A stretch of DNA of 64,000 nucleotides from Candidatus Heimdallarchaeum endolithica (GCA_021513715.1 CP084167.1:640001-704000); one strand, 5' to 3'. Counted from the first letter of the stretch, positions 1 through 11,495 are shown. Notes: generated by a model from the sequence alone, not told the origin. Numbers and translations are program-made.

Positions 1-156
1 ATTAATACTTAAAATTCTTGCTAAGGCTATTTTATTGAATTTAATATCTATATCTTTAGTTTTTTGTACATCATATGTTATTAAAACACTTGAAACTATT
101 AGTAATACTAGTACTAAATTTGTTTTCAAATTAGTATTTTTCGAATTTTTGATCAT
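1..156 (-). CDS. N-terminus of a probable secreted/surface protein, truncated by the window edge
   Basis: ATG at 156, open to base 1: MIKNSKNTNLKTNLVLVLLIVSSVLITYDVQ..., a basic then hydrophobic signal-like start; not in the ORF track. Confidence 0.6.
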   Translation of the reverse strand, partial: MIKNSKNTNLKTNLVLVLLIVSSVLITYDVQKTKDIDIKFNKIALARILSIN

Positions 157-412
157 TATAAACACTATCTTGAAACAGCATACTTATTCTAGTGATAAAC
201 ATTTGTTGTTTATAATATCTTATTAATGCTCAATTCTCTAAATAACTTTTTCGATTAGATTTGGTTAAATCAGTTCTGATTTGATTTAGTCATATTTTTC
301 AATGTTTAATATTTTTTTATTTAGAAAAGATTTACACCCAAGAAAAAAGAACTTATCAATTGTTGATGTTAAAAGAGAAAAAAAGGAAGACAGATAAAAT
401 TAATCTATTTTT

Positions 413-1159
413 TCAATCATTTTTCTTCCAAACTAGTCCTTTGTTTAGAGTTATTAAAGCAAAAGCGTAAGCAAATGTTTTTGGTATCATCATCATTCCG
501 AAAGCTGAATTTATTGGTAATAACACTAGTGTTAGAATAAAAAACAGAAAAGAAACGACAAATCCCCACGAAGTTAAATACAAGAATTTTTCTTCTTTTT
601 CTTCTTCACTTTTTCTTTTGTTTGTTTCGTACATTAGTTTGCCTACTACCATTATTCCAAATATTGTGAATAATATTATATGTGGGCTAAACCAAGCTAC
701 TTCGTAATCTACAATACTGCTTTCTATATATGGGCTTGCTAATATGAATATTATTGAAAGTGTAGATAGTGTTAGAACCACTTTATCATATCTTTTTAAT
801 TCTCCCTCTTGATATCTATAAATTATGAAAAAGTGCCACATTATATAGAAAATAATAAAGGCTAATCCATCAAAAAAAAGAGTAAAAGTGTGTATTTCAA
901 ATGTTCCTCCTAATAACCCTACTATTCCTGAATTTTCAGGGTTTGCTATATTTATGTCCGAACCTATGGTATGGAGAAGATCACCCAAGAAGATTATTAT
1001 AAAACCTACAAAAAGGTAAACATAAGGTTTTTTCTCTTTTTCTTCTGAACGGTTAATTTTCTTAAACAATAGTACAATAGAAACAGCTACTAAACTTAAC
1101 CACAAAGTCATCAAAATTGTAACCGAGAGTAATTCAATTATTGCACTGGTTTCCATCAA
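413..1159 (-). CDS. Hypothetical polytopic membrane protein (about 7 TM)
   Basis: 248 aa with about 7 hydrophobic segments; GGTGA RBS upstream. Confidence 0.7.
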   Translation of the reverse strand: MMETSAIIELLSVTILMTLWLSLVAVSIVLLFKKINRSEEKEKKPYVYLFVGFIIIFLGDLLHTIGSDINIANPENSGIVGLLGGTFEIHTFTLFFDGLAFIIFYIMWHFFIIYRYQEGELKRYDKVVLTLSTLSIIFILASPYIESSIVDYEVAWFSPHIILFTIFGIMVVGKLMYETNKRKSEEEKEEKFLYLTSWGFVVSFLFFILTLVLLPINSAFGMMMIPKTFAYAFALITLNKGLVWKKND

Positions 1160-1307
1160 ATCACCTTAAACTGCTTTGTTTATAGATAATTAAAGTTTTT
1201 CGTGCTTTCTAATAAAAATCAATAAACTAGTACAAAAAATATTATTGCAGAGAGAATTTCAACTTCAATATAAAAAAGATAGAATGGAAAAAAATGAAAT
1301 TACAAGT

Positions 1308-2291
1308 TTATTTTTTCTTTTTTAATTTTATTACAAGCGCTGTTGATAATAATATAATTGTGGAAAAAATTGAACTCATAGAAGAAGTTTTACTTGCTAA
1401 AACTTCTAAACCTAGCTTAACTAACCATATATCAGTTTTTCCTTCACCATAAGAAGCTGTTGTTCCGCAAATAATATACTCATTATCATTCACTTGGCGT
1501 ATAGAATACCCCCCATCATAATCAGTTCCTCCAATGGTTTTTGTCCATTCAATATTTTCCTTGAAATCTGTTTTCACAACCCACAAGTCTAATAATCCAA
1601 CACTATTGGTCCATGTTCCTCCTGATATAATATAACCGTTGTCATTTGTTTGTTCAACAGCAAAACCTAAATCATCATCTGCTCCTCCAAAAGTTTTATT
1701 CCATTCGATAACTCCTTCAGGGTTAAGTTTTACAAGCATACCATCTGATTCTCCCCTTCCATAGTAGCCTGTGTTTCCTAATATTATACATCCTCCATCA
1801 TTGGTTGCAGCAATCGATCGACTTGAATCACCATCTATTCCTCCAAAAGTTTTATTCCAAGCAATATTTCCCCCAGAATCAAGTTTGATGACCCACAAAT
1901 CGCTAGAATTAGAGTTAAAAGACGATGTTTTTCCAACACCAATATAGCTACCGTCAGGATTCTGCTTAAGCGAGTATAAAATATCGTATTTCTCCCCACC
2001 AAAGGTCTTGCTCCATTCTATATTTCCCAAGGAATCAGTCTTAATAACCCAAGCATCATTTGAACCAGAACCAAAAGATTCTGTGCTACCTGCTATAATA
2101 AAACCATCATCAGATATTAGATCCACAGACCAACCATACTCAGTTTCAGGGCCTCCAAATGTTTTATCCCATTCTACCTTTGGTTCAATAGAAACAGAAC
2201 TAGAAAGAAAAGGAGAAATGAAAAAAATCGAAAACAAAGCTAGTTCAACAAGTAAATGAAATTTGATTATTTTAATTCTATAAGAATTCAA
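1308..2291 (-). CDS. Secreted beta-propeller repeat protein with C-terminal membrane anchor
   Basis: Signal peptide; repeated W.KTFGG...D.WV.K.D..G units; C-terminal KTS + TM + KKKK. Confidence 0.8.
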   Translation of the reverse strand: MNSYRIKIIKFHLLVELALFSIFFISPFLSSSVSIEPKVEWDKTFGGPETEYGWSVDLISDDGFIIAGSTESFGSGSNDAWVIKTDSLGNIEWSKTFGGEKYDILYSLKQNPDGSYIGVGKTSSFNSNSSDLWVIKLDSGGNIAWNKTFGGIDGDSSRSIAATNDGGCIILGNTGYYGRGESDGMLVKLNPEGVIEWNKTFGGADDDLGFAVEQTNDNGYIISGGTWTNSVGLLDLWVVKTDFKENIEWTKTIGGTDYDGGYSIRQVNDNEYIICGTTASYGEGKTDIWLVKLGLEVLASKTSSMSSIFSTIILLSTALVIKLKKKK

Positions 2292-2468
2292 TTTTTCTTC
2301 ACCTACTTTTTGGATAGGGGTATTTAAGACTTCTAACTCAAAAAAATGAAATTCAATTATATAAAATTAATTAAATAAAATCACACTTATTCTTGAAAAT
2401 AAAGATTCTTTGATCACATATCATATTACTCAAAAAGACTTTTTTCTTTTTATGTGCTTATATAATAA

Positions 2469-2858
2469 TCACAAAAATTCAATTTCCAATTCTTTAATTT
2501 TTTCAAAGCCTTTATCCATAGTTACTATTTTCAGCTGATAGTATTTAGCTACTGTATATTGGTATAAATCATCAAAATCCAAATTTAAATAGTTTTTAGC
2601 AGTTATAATTTCATTATACCTATCAAGTGGTAGTGAAATAAGATTTATATTAACTAAAATATCACCAAGAAATTTAGAATAAATCTCTTGTTTGTGATAC
2701 TTAAATAATATTACTCCAATAGAATGAAGTGAAAAATCAGTAATATTTAAACCGTTTTTAATATTAGAATCTAAAAAACTTTTACAAATGTCTTTTTTAT
2801 TTTGTTCTAGCAATATCTCTAAAAATACATTTGTATCAACTAAGAACATCATCTCCAC
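2469..2858 (-). CDS. vapC: PIN-domain toxin (VapC family)
   Basis: LVDTNV, DFDD and TMD acidic PIN motifs; overlaps the upstream small gene. Confidence 0.85.
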   Translation of the reverse strand: MEMMFLVDTNVFLEILLEQNKKDICKSFLDSNIKNGLNITDFSLHSIGVILFKYHKQEIYSKFLGDILVNINLISLPLDRYNEIITAKNYLNLDFDDLYQYTVAKYYQLKIVTMDKGFEKIKELEIEFL

Positions 2859-3061
2859 TCCGATGCCTTATGTTGCAATTCAACAGAAGTAAATCTATCT
2901 TTTATATCAGATAATCCTCCTTCCCAGTCAAATTTAAATTTAGTCACTTCTTTTTTTCTATACTTATGTTTAGCTAATAAAAATTCCATATAATCTAAAA
3001 CTTCTTTTTTTAAATATTCAGGAAGTTCACGCATTTTATTCTCTATATCTTTTTCTATCAT
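2849..3061 (-). CDS. DUF2281-type antitoxin
   Basis: 70 aa, LP..LKKEVLDYMEFL and W.GGL pattern; translationally coupled to the PIN gene. Confidence 0.75.
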   Translation of the reverse strand: MIEKDIENKMRELPEYLKKEVLDYMEFLLAKHKYRKKEVTKFKFDWEGGLSDIKDRFTSVELQHKASEWR

Positions 3062-3334
3062 TTGTCTAACACCCTTTTTTGTAATAAGTGTTCACAATTT
3101 TTCTTTTGTTAACTTAAACGCTATTGTAATATATAGATTTCTACTTTTTTCTCGATTTAATTATTATTTATCAATAAAGAATGATCAACAGTCGTCAGCT
3201 TTGATTATTGCTTCATAACTAATTTAATCAATCAAAGAATATATTCCTTTTTGAAAATTCTTCAAAGATGTCAATTAAAGTTGTTTTAGAAAATAAATCG
3301 ATTTTATGAAAGTACAAGAATTACATCTTTCGTC

Positions 3335-3871
3335 TCAGAGAATAAAGGTTTTATTTATTTTTTCCAATTTTGGAGCGATAACAGCTCTACAATAAGCTTT
3401 GTTTTTATTCTTTTGATAGTAGTTTTGATGATATTCTTCTGCTCTGTAAAATTTATCTATTATTTTAACTTCTGTAACTATAGGATTGGGGTAATGCATA
3501 TCTAGAGTTAGTTTGAGGATATAATCTTCTATTTCTTTCTTTTGTTCCTCTTCTGCATATAGAATAATTGATCTATATTGAGAACCTATATCATTTCCTT
3601 GTCTATCTAAAGTTGTAGGATCGTGTGCTTCAAAGAATATTTCTAACAATTTCTCAAGACTGATTAAGTTATTAACGTATTCTATTTTAACCACTTCAGC
3701 GTGCCCAGTTATGCCTAAACAAATTTCTTCGTAAGTCGGATTGTCAAAGGTTCCACCTGCATATCCAGAGGTAACTTTTACAACTCCTTTGATCTGTTGG
3801 AAAACAGCTTCTATACACCAAAAGCACCCTCCTCCTAAAAAAATTGTTTTCATCATTAATATAATATCCAA
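3335..3871 (-). CDS. msrA: Peptide-methionine (S)-S-oxide reductase
   Basis: GGGCFWC, GHAE, HDPT, QYRS and AEEYHQ.YY motifs; the start may be a later Met (about 3856). Confidence 0.95.
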   Translation of the reverse strand: MDIILMMKTIFLGGGCFWCIEAVFQQIKGVVKVTSGYAGGTFDNPTYEEICLGITGHAEVVKIEYVNNLISLEKLLEIFFEAHDPTTLDRQGNDIGSQYRSIILYAEEEQKKEIEDYILKLTLDMHYPNPIVTEVKIIDKFYRAEEYHQNYYQKNKNKAYCRAVIAPKLEKINKTFIL

Positions 3872-4016
3872 CTTTCTTTTTATTAAAGATATTTAACTTA
3901 CAAAAATCAGTAAAATTCTTGCTAATATTTGAGAGAATAGCGCTTTATTTTAATGTTTATCCAATTTCGAACTTATTCTTGAAATTAATTTTAAAAAAGA
4001 AAAAATGGATTTATTT

Positions 4017-5057
4017 TCAGCAAACTTTTCTTTTATTACTAAGTACATTTGTTGAAATACTAACAAAGAAAATCAGTAATAGGTATATGCTTAAGAAAGA
4101 TGTTTTAGCTGTTTCATCTCCATTATTGCCTGTACCAGAATTGCTTTCATTCTCCCATCCAGCCAATGTTGCCCATAACCACCAAGCAGAGTAGGCTTTT
4201 AAATTTGCATTTAGGGGTTGAGAATGAGCTGAACCACAATTATACCAATCTACTCCTTCTTCATGTGTATTTTGCCATTCAATAGCCCAATTACCAGAAT
4301 GTGTTCCATTATTCCAACTACAATCATCACTTACATTTTTGTCTCCATAATAGTTTCCATCGGGATCATAAGATTCTATATCTGCAAAGTCATATAACAC
4401 TTTATTATTCTCTTTGCAGAATTCTCTTATTTGCTCGTTCCTTTGGTGTAAGTTTCCTTCTAAACCTGTTCCATCAGTGTGACCAGTCATATAAACAAAA
4501 GTTACATCAGGAAATTCTTGCTCTAGAATGCTCATAGGTGTTAGATAGTGGTTAACTAATTCTTCCTCTGACATCCAACTTAATTGTCCACACCAGCTCC
4601 ACATTATAACATTTACATCTTTATTGTTTATATCTTGTAGAAAGGCTCTTGTAGCATTAGACCATTGAGAATAACCTGCATCAGCAGCTTGACCTGGATC
4701 AGGAGCATAACTAGCTATAGTATTATCTTCAAGAAAAGAAGAATTGTAAGAAAAGAGTCCAGGAGTTCCTCCGTTTGCTTCTTTAAAGGAAGGTAAATCA
4801 GCCATACCTGTAATTATTTGTGAACCGTGGCTGGTATGCTGATAAGCTATATGCAATTTATTCTTTGCTTCAATAATTGCTTCATCTGGAATTTGGTCCA
4901 ATCTAACCAGATTAGCTATAGAATGATCAGCTATTATTGGTGCAGTGTTAGTACTGCCAGAAACAAAACTTCCATTACCTCCAATAAATGGAAGCAAATT
5001 GATAATTAAAATAAAATTCAAGAAAAAAGAGAATTTTTTTGAAAACATCCATTTCAC
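4017..5057 (-). CDS. Secreted hypothetical protein (possible SGNH-like hydrolase) with C-terminal anchor
   Basis: Signal peptide; AYQHTSHGSQ, MWSWCG, DFADIES and AHSQPLN motifs; KTS + TM + basic tail. Confidence 0.65.
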   Translation of the reverse strand: MKWMFSKKFSFFLNFILIINLLPFIGGNGSFVSGSTNTAPIIADHSIANLVRLDQIPDEAIIEAKNKLHIAYQHTSHGSQIITGMADLPSFKEANGGTPGLFSYNSSFLEDNTIASYAPDPGQAADAGYSQWSNATRAFLQDINNKDVNVIMWSWCGQLSWMSEEELVNHYLTPMSILEQEFPDVTFVYMTGHTDGTGLEGNLHQRNEQIREFCKENNKVLYDFADIESYDPDGNYYGDKNVSDDCSWNNGTHSGNWAIEWQNTHEEGVDWYNCGSAHSQPLNANLKAYSAWWLWATLAGWENESNSGTGNNGDETAKTSFLSIYLLLIFFVSISTNVLSNKRKVC

Positions 5058-5156
5058 TCCTAAATTAAATAATATTAACCAAGAAACTATTTGAGTATTT
5101 CTAGTAAAAATCTAGCTGATTGATAAGTATTTATAGCAGAAATACTAAGCTTATCG

Positions 5157-5855
5157 GTGACTTATTTGGTAAAAGTAACAGTTATTAACGGTAGCCCTCG
5201 CAAACAGAAGGGTTATTCTGGTTTTATTCTCAAACCTTTTATTAACGGGATGAAAAAGGCAGGAGGAACAATAAATGTTTATTATCCTTCAGAGATGAAA
5301 ATCAAACCTTGTATTGGCAATTTAGACTGTTGGGAAAGTGGAAATAAAGAATGTATAATAAACGACGGAATGCAAGAGATGTATTCAATCTTAAAAGAAA
5401 CAGATATTCTAGCATTAGCTTCACCAGTTTATATTCCCCTACCTTCAAAGATGCAGATATTCATTAACCGTTTGTGCGCTCTTCTAAACCCTAAAACAAA
5501 GTTCATAAAAGGTCGAACTAGAGTATCTTTTCGTGAAAATGTTAAAATCTCCAAGATATTAGGTCTAATAACAGGTGGTTGGTGGGAAATAGAAAACCTT
5601 GATACTGTACAAACTATTTTTAAGGAATTTGCAAATATTGCAAGCGTTGAATTTATTGGTGCTATCCTTCGTCCCCATACTTGGTTATTAAAAGAAAATA
5701 CACAGAAAAACAAAGAAATTTTGGATAAGATAGAATCTTTAGGTAAACAAGTGATTAAAAGTGGACAGATGGATAAAAAAGATTTAGATTTTGTTAGCCA
5801 ACCTCTAACAACAGAACCTGAATTAAGAAAAATGTTGAATAAAATGCATTCTTAA
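5157..5855 (+). CDS. Flavodoxin-family protein (NADPH-dependent FMN reductase / iron-sulfur flavoprotein-like)
   Basis: NGSPR, PCIG...CW...C...D and ASPVY motifs. Confidence 0.85.
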   Translation: MTYLVKVTVINGSPRKQKGYSGFILKPFINGMKKAGGTINVYYPSEMKIKPCIGNLDCWESGNKECIINDGMQEMYSILKETDILALASPVYIPLPSKMQIFINRLCALLNPKTKFIKGRTRVSFRENVKISKILGLITGGWWEIENLDTVQTIFKEFANIASVEFIGAILRPHTWLLKENTQKNKEILDKIESLGKQVIKSGQMDKKDLDFVSQPLTTEPELRKMLNKMHS

Positions 5856-5933
5856 TTAAATATCAACATTATTGTTGGGAGAGATAAACAAGAGCAAAGA
5901 ATAAAGAAAAAAGAAGCTTATAGAAGAAAGAGA

Positions 5934-7093
5934 CTAAATTATCAATACTCGTTTAAGATTTTGTTCAACTATGTTTTTGAGTAATTTTTCTGAAGTTTCA
6001 TCGAAATTTACAAATCCAGGGTCAATTTTTGAAGACTATGCAGGATTTTCTTGTTATTCTCTTAAAAGCACATTTAATACCGTTTCTAAAGTTTTATCAA
6101 ATCTTTCTCCAAAAATATATGCTTGGAGAAATCCTGTGGCTGTTGTTCCTATAACTTTGTCTTTGTAAACGACAGTATTGAGTTCAGATTTTCTTTCCAT
6201 TATTTCTTCTAAAGCTTTGGTTACACCAGATATTAAACCAGAGGTTAAATCTATAGAAACTTCTTTTTTACCTTCTTTTCCAGCCTTATTTTTATCTTCT
6301 TTTTCATCCTCTTTCTTTTCAGAAGTAAAATCATTATAATAAACAGGTAATCCACTATCAGTTGTAATCAATAATTGGTTTATTTTGGCATTAGATATCA
6401 TTATGTTAAAAGGATCAATTATTAAGGTTATAGACCAAATAAACCATCCTGCAGCCATTAAAAATGGTCGTATAGCTCTGAGTATATAATTACTAAAAAA
6501 AATGCAAAAATAACCCATATGATTATAATGATAAATCCAACCACTTGCACAAATAACTGTTTTTTAATGTCTGGATCTCCTGTTCTAAAAAGTTTTGTTG
6601 AAATAGGAAGAATAAAAGAAATAATGAAAAAAAGTAACATAGGAGCTGTAATAGCAGGAATCCATAGACTATACTTCGCAGTCCAAGCGCCAAGAGTTTC
6701 AGAATAACTCAATTCAGTAAAATCAGGTAAAATAAAAGCAAAAAATAATGCTCCACCCAAGAAACTAACGATGTTAACAACAGGATGTAAACGATTTGTT
6801 TTGAAGTAGATAAAGGAGTAAAAAACGAGAATCATACCAAGAATTAATAGACAGTTAAAAAATAACCAAATGGATGAAATTAAGTAAACATTATCAAAGA
6901 TCACCAAGTTTTAAGTAAAAAAGGATGTAATGAAACGACCTATAAAATCAAATGCCAATAAAACATAACTCATTCCCAGAAGAAAATGTGAAAGAAAGTG
7001 TGTTTGTCTGTATGTCTTAAATAAAATAAAACTGCTGGTAATAAAAGTTAGTTGTTCAAACAAAAATAATCCTAGTGAGTAATAAGAAATCAT
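5934..7093 (-). pseudogene. Disrupted 7TM + longin-like membrane protein, paralog of 46674-47744
   Basis: ORFs 6911-7093 and 6458-6907 share a frame across a TAA; a frameshift near a T8 tract (about 6495-6503) leads into 6054-6518; that frame continues past TAA and TAG to TAG at 5934 (..VLLRE*QENPA*SSKIDPGF..VLII*). Confidence 0.75.
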
Positions 7094-7512
7094 GTTTAAA
7101 AGAACGAGAACTAAAAATTAAATATATTGAAGAACTTTGGTGTAATTTTGATAGAAAAAACAGTTTTGCTCATCGAAGTTATCTGATTCTATCATATACC
7201 ATCAGCTTGAGTAGCTTAGTAATGTTAAAATGTTTTTGGTTTTAGTCTCCTCAATCTCTCTTCTTCTCCCACAAAATGGAATATTTATTTACTCTTTGTA
7301 TTCTATAGTACGCATTGTAAGATAAAATTAACACTATTATCAAGTTCAGCTAATTGAATTTATTCTCTAGGTAAGAGCATATCAACGATTTAAAGTTTGG
7401 AAATTTTCAACAAAATATTGAATTTTCTAATTTTAAATTTCCTTTGAATCTACTTTTTCGTAATGTTTATTATTTCTTGCTTAACTTTATTGTACACTAA
7501 GGTAAGCATCCA

Positions 7513-7935
7513 ATGAAAATAGATGAATTTAGGAAAAAAAGATATAGAGATAAATTCAATTATATTACTGATAATCTGAAATGTTTGACTGTAACTCCAA
7601 GAACTGAACTAGAAAAAAAAGGTGTTTTATATTCTGTCCATACAATAATAGAAAGTGTAATTGATCTTGTTGCAATGTTTATCAAAGATTTGGGGTACCA
7701 AGTAGAAGATGATCAAAAAAACATTTCACTATTAGTCAAAAAACTAAATTTAGAACCTGAACTTGAAATTGAATTAAAAAAAGCTAATGGGTTGCGTAAC
7801 ATTTTAGTTCATCGATATAATGGTGTTGACGAGGAAATGGTTTTGAATTCAGTTGATGAAGTTATTAGAGTTACTTCAAAATGGCTTGAAATATTTGAAA
7901 AACTATTCGTAGAGTTGTTTAATGATGAATCTTGA
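7513..7935 (+). CDS. hepT: HEPN (DUF86) ribonuclease toxin
   Basis: RNILVHRY matches the Rx4HxY motif. Confidence 0.85.
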   Translation: MKIDEFRKKRYRDKFNYITDNLKCLTVTPRTELEKKGVLYSVHTIIESVIDLVAMFIKDLGYQVEDDQKNISLLVKKLNLEPELEIELKKANGLRNILVHRYNGVDEEMVLNSVDEVIRVTSKWLEIFEKLFVELFNDES

Positions 7936-8368
7936 AAAACTAAGAATCGATTTACAACCCTTGTCTAATTATGAAGTAGTAGTCTTCGGCTCTCAAGTTA
8001 CAGGTGGAACTAGACCTAGTTCTGATGTTGATATTGCAATTATTACTCGTGAAAAAAATAGAGAAAAAAATATTCAAATGTATAATCAAATATTAGGAAA
8101 AGTACCTTCAAATTACGATATTAAAATTTTTGAGCTCTTACCTATTCACATACAAATGAGTATAATTAATGATCATATTGTTATTTTTGGAGACAAAATA
8201 GAACTCTCTGAATATTTTTACTTTTATCGCAAGATTTGGAATGACTGTAAACATCGTATTCTAGGAGAACAGTTTAATCATTACGAAGAAAAACTAGCTG
8301 CGATGGAATGGTTCGACAAAAACAGAGAAAAGATAATTCAAAAAATAAAAAGTGAATTAAAAAAATAG
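7922..8368 (+). CDS. mntA: Minimal nucleotidyltransferase antitoxin
   Basis: FGS...SDVD (GSx10DxD) motif; overlaps the HEPN gene. Confidence 0.85.
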   Translation: MMNLEKLRIDLQPLSNYEVVVFGSQVTGGTRPSSDVDIAIITREKNREKNIQMYNQILGKVPSNYDIKIFELLPIHIQMSIINDHIVIFGDKIELSEYFYFYRKIWNDCKHRILGEQFNHYEEKLAAMEWFDKNREKIIQKIKSELKK

Positions 8369-8416
8369 AATAGTAATGAACCAACTTCTTCTGGTAAAAC
8401 TATCTTTGTTTCTTCT

Positions 8417-10813
8417 TTAGAAGATATAAGTTTCTTTTAATATTTCAACAGTTTTGATTTGCAAAATGTTACTTTTTGCTATTGCTATTGCAATAAGATA
8501 AACTGCTAAGGGCAGGAAAATTACGAATTGAACCTCATTAAAACCAAAGTTTATTTCGAGCCAGAAGGGTATTGATATGTTGTTAATGGTTTTCTGCAAT
8601 AATATTTCGCCTAGAAATGTTAGTACGATACTGATGAAAGATACAATAGTTATCAAAAACATTAATTCGTACAACAATATCTTCATTACATCTGTTTTTG
8701 TTCCTCCTATAGCATTTAACAAAGCAAATTCTCTTTTTCTCTCATTTATATTGTGTAGTACAAAATTAAATATTCCAACTGCTAATGCTACCACTGTTAG
8801 AATTGAGAATATGTTTAACATTAAGCTAAAAGTGTCCATAATTTGGCTTAATCCTTCATAAATCACTTGTTTCAGAAAAGCTTGTTTTACTCCTATTTCT
8901 TCATTTTCTAGTTGTAGAAGTAGTTTTTCTAGTGATTCACTTTTACTTTCTTCTTGTGTAAAAGTTACTGCCAGGGTGTTGTAGGGATTTTGTGTAGAGT
9001 TTATTTTATCAGCTAGGAAATCGATGTCTACTAAAAAGGTCATTGAATTCTGCATAACTGTGCTTGCTATTCCACAGATCAATAGTTCTTCTTCGAATTT
9101 CCATTTAAGGTCAAGTTTGGAAGATATAGTTATAGTTTCATTAACTTTCAAATTCTCTAATTTAGCAAATTTCTGAGAGATTACAATTGCTTTTTCTCCT
9201 TCGTTTGGTAATCTTCCTTTGACTATTCTTGGAACATAAAGTTCTCTTTCTTTAGTTGTTCCAACTAAAAGTATTGTATCATTAAGTTCTAATTTTTTAT
9301 TATCTAAAGTTATATTTGTTTCTCCTCTTACAGCGTAAGTCCAGAGATAACCTTCCATTTTTTGAATGTATGGCTTATCAGCTAAAGAACTAATATTTTC
9401 TTGATTTACAAGTTTGCTTGTAAATATTAATCCATCATATTGATTAGCTTCTTGAAATGAGTCTTTTATTGTTCCTACCAGCTGATTAGATACAAAAACT
9501 ATTGTAGCAGCTGCAGAGGTGGCTATTCCTATTCCTAAAACTAGCGCTACAACTTGTTTCTTTTTTCTTACTAAATATCGCATACTGTACAGGAAAAGGC
9601 TGGATAAAGAGGAAACCTTTTTTTTACTCTTTCCTTTCTTTTCTTTCATTTCTTTATTTCCAAAACCTATTTGTAATGCTTCCATTGTAGCCAATTTATA
9701 GGCTTTCAACGCTGGGATCATAGAAAACAAACCTAATAATGATACTGTAAGTAGAAAATTAATAGCCATTCCTTTGAAATCGATAGCAAATATAACTTTA
9801 CCAAGTATGGGATAAATGAAGAACTTAACAACAATAAAATGAATAGCTAAAGCAATCAATATTCCTGCTAAACCACCGAAAAAACTCCATATAATTACTT
9901 GATAGAAATAGTGGAGGATTACTTGTTTTTTAGAAAAACCAATTGCTTTCATTACTGCTGTTTCTCTATACTTTTGACTTGATTGTTGGATTAATATTGT
10001 TGTTATTATAGCCACACCAATTAATAAAATAGGATAGCCAATGATCAAAAAAATTGCTCCAATAATACTTATCTGAGATCTTATTCCTCCAGAAATTGAA
10101 ACTTGTCCTACAACTTCCCAACCGTTATTTTCTAACAAATCTGTTATTTCATTCAAAGTTTCATAAACTTGTGTAATGTCATCTACTTTAATTCGAATAC
10201 CATTGAATTCATCACTCATATTAAGTTTAGATTGTAAATATTCTAATGGAACAAAAACAAAAATGTTGCGAGGAACAGAATGAGAAACAGCCCAAGTAGC
10301 TTTAACTAAAGAAACAATTTCTAATTCAAAAGAACCATTTTCAGAGAAAACACTTAATTGTTCATCTTCTTTTAATCCTAAATAACTTGCCCCTGTTTCC
10401 TCAACAAAGCACTGATTACTGTTCAAAGTTAAGCTCTCGTCGGGTAAAACGAATTTATTCAAAGAAAAATTGTCAGGTACTCCTTCTAATGTTACTCTAG
10501 CATTTTTTTCCTCATTTAACCCTATTCCTTCGATAAAAATCCTTCTTTCAAATATTTCTATATTTTGGACTTGCTCAATCAACATCTCTTCTGTTGTAGA
10601 ATTAAAATTTCTACCCATAGTGTAAATTTCTATTTCTGCTACATTTTCCTGCTTATAGCTATTTTCCTCTGTGATATTTATCGTAGCCACTAAATTATAG
10701 TAAACAGTAGGGACACTTATCATAAGAGCCACAATAGAAGTGATTAAAATTGTCCTAGTTTTATGTTTTTTAATCTCCTTCCAAGTAAACTTTAGAACAG
10801 TCATAGACAACAA
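8417..10813 (-). CDS. ABC transporter permease, FtsX/MacB family (duplicated)
   Basis: Two FtsX modules (RETAVMKAIG; KREFALLNAIG) with large extracellular loops. Confidence 0.9.
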   Translation of the reverse strand: MLSMTVLKFTWKEIKKHKTRTILITSIVALMISVPTVYYNLVATINITEENSYKQENVAEIEIYTMGRNFNSTTEEMLIEQVQNIEIFERRIFIEGIGLNEEKNARVTLEGVPDNFSLNKFVLPDESLTLNSNQCFVEETGASYLGLKEDEQLSVFSENGSFELEIVSLVKATWAVSHSVPRNIFVFVPLEYLQSKLNMSDEFNGIRIKVDDITQVYETLNEITDLLENNGWEVVGQVSISGGIRSQISIIGAIFLIIGYPILLIGVAIITTILIQQSSQKYRETAVMKAIGFSKKQVILHYFYQVIIWSFFGGLAGILIALAIHFIVVKFFIYPILGKVIFAIDFKGMAINFLLTVSLLGLFSMIPALKAYKLATMEALQIGFGNKEMKEKKGKSKKKVSSLSSLFLYSMRYLVRKKKQVVALVLGIGIATSAAATIVFVSNQLVGTIKDSFQEANQYDGLIFTSKLVNQENISSLADKPYIQKMEGYLWTYAVRGETNITLDNKKLELNDTILLVGTTKERELYVPRIVKGRLPNEGEKAIVISQKFAKLENLKVNETITISSKLDLKWKFEEELLICGIASTVMQNSMTFLVDIDFLADKINSTQNPYNTLAVTFTQEESKSESLEKLLLQLENEEIGVKQAFLKQVIYEGLSQIMDTFSLMLNIFSILTVVALAVGIFNFVLHNINERKREFALLNAIGGTKTDVMKILLYELMFLITIVSFISIVLTFLGEILLQKTINNISIPFWLEINFGFNEVQFVIFLPLAVYLIAIAIAKSNILQIKTVEILKETYIF

Positions 10814-10817
10814 CTCT

Positions 10818-11495
10818 CTAATATTGACTATAAGGGACTACTTTTTTGTCTTTGATTGTAATAACTCTCGATGAATATTCTTTAGCAAGAGCATAATCGT
10901 GAGTAACAATGAGCATAGTTACGTTTTCTGAAACATTTAGTTCTTTTAACAACTCAAAAAGCTTTCTGGCATTTTTTTGATCCAGATTACCTGTTGGTTC
11001 ATCAGCTAACAATAAAGAAGGAGAGTTAATCAAAGCTCTAGCTATGGCTATACGCTGCTGTTCTCCACCACTTAATTGAAAGGGGAACTTGTTTTTCTTG
11101 TCAGAAAGACCCATTTTATCAAATAATTCATTAGCAGTTTGAATAATTTCTACTCTTTTTTTACCATCTAATTCAGCGGGAAGAAGAACATTCTCAAGAG
11201 CTGTAAGAGAAGAGAAAAGGTTGAAGAACTGAAAAACAATACCTATTTTCTGACGACGATAAAATGTAAGCTCTTTTTCGTTCATATTAGTTATATCTGT
11301 ATTATCAACAATAATACTACCATCATCACAATGATCTAACCCAGAAACTAAATTAATTAAGGTACTTTTACCATTGCCTGAAGGAGCAACAATAGAAACC
11401 ATTTCTCCCTTATCAACTTTCAAATCTGCTTCATTAAATATCTCAATTTCTTGAACTCCAGAATATATTTTACTAACTTTCTTTAATTCTAGCAT
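10818..11495 (-). CDS. ABC transporter ATP-binding protein (LolD/MacB-like)
   Basis: [28 protein letters not shown] and VTHD motifs. Confidence 0.95.
   Translation of the reverse strand: MLELKKVSKIYSGVQEIEIFNEADLKVDKGEMVSIVAPSGNGKSTLINLVSGLDHCDDGSIIVDNTDITNMNEKELTFYRRQKIGIVFQFFNLFSSLTALENVLLPAELDGKKRVEIIQTANELFDKMGLSDKKNKFPFQLSGGEQQRIAIARALINSPSLLLADEPTGNLDQKNARKLFELLKELNVSENVTMLIVTHDYALAKEYSSRVITIKDKKVVPYSQY

Noticed and set aside
3229-3320. Minus-strand fragment FLYFHKIDLFSK... resembling a GTPase G4 motif
   Set aside because: About 30 codons, no start and only one motif.
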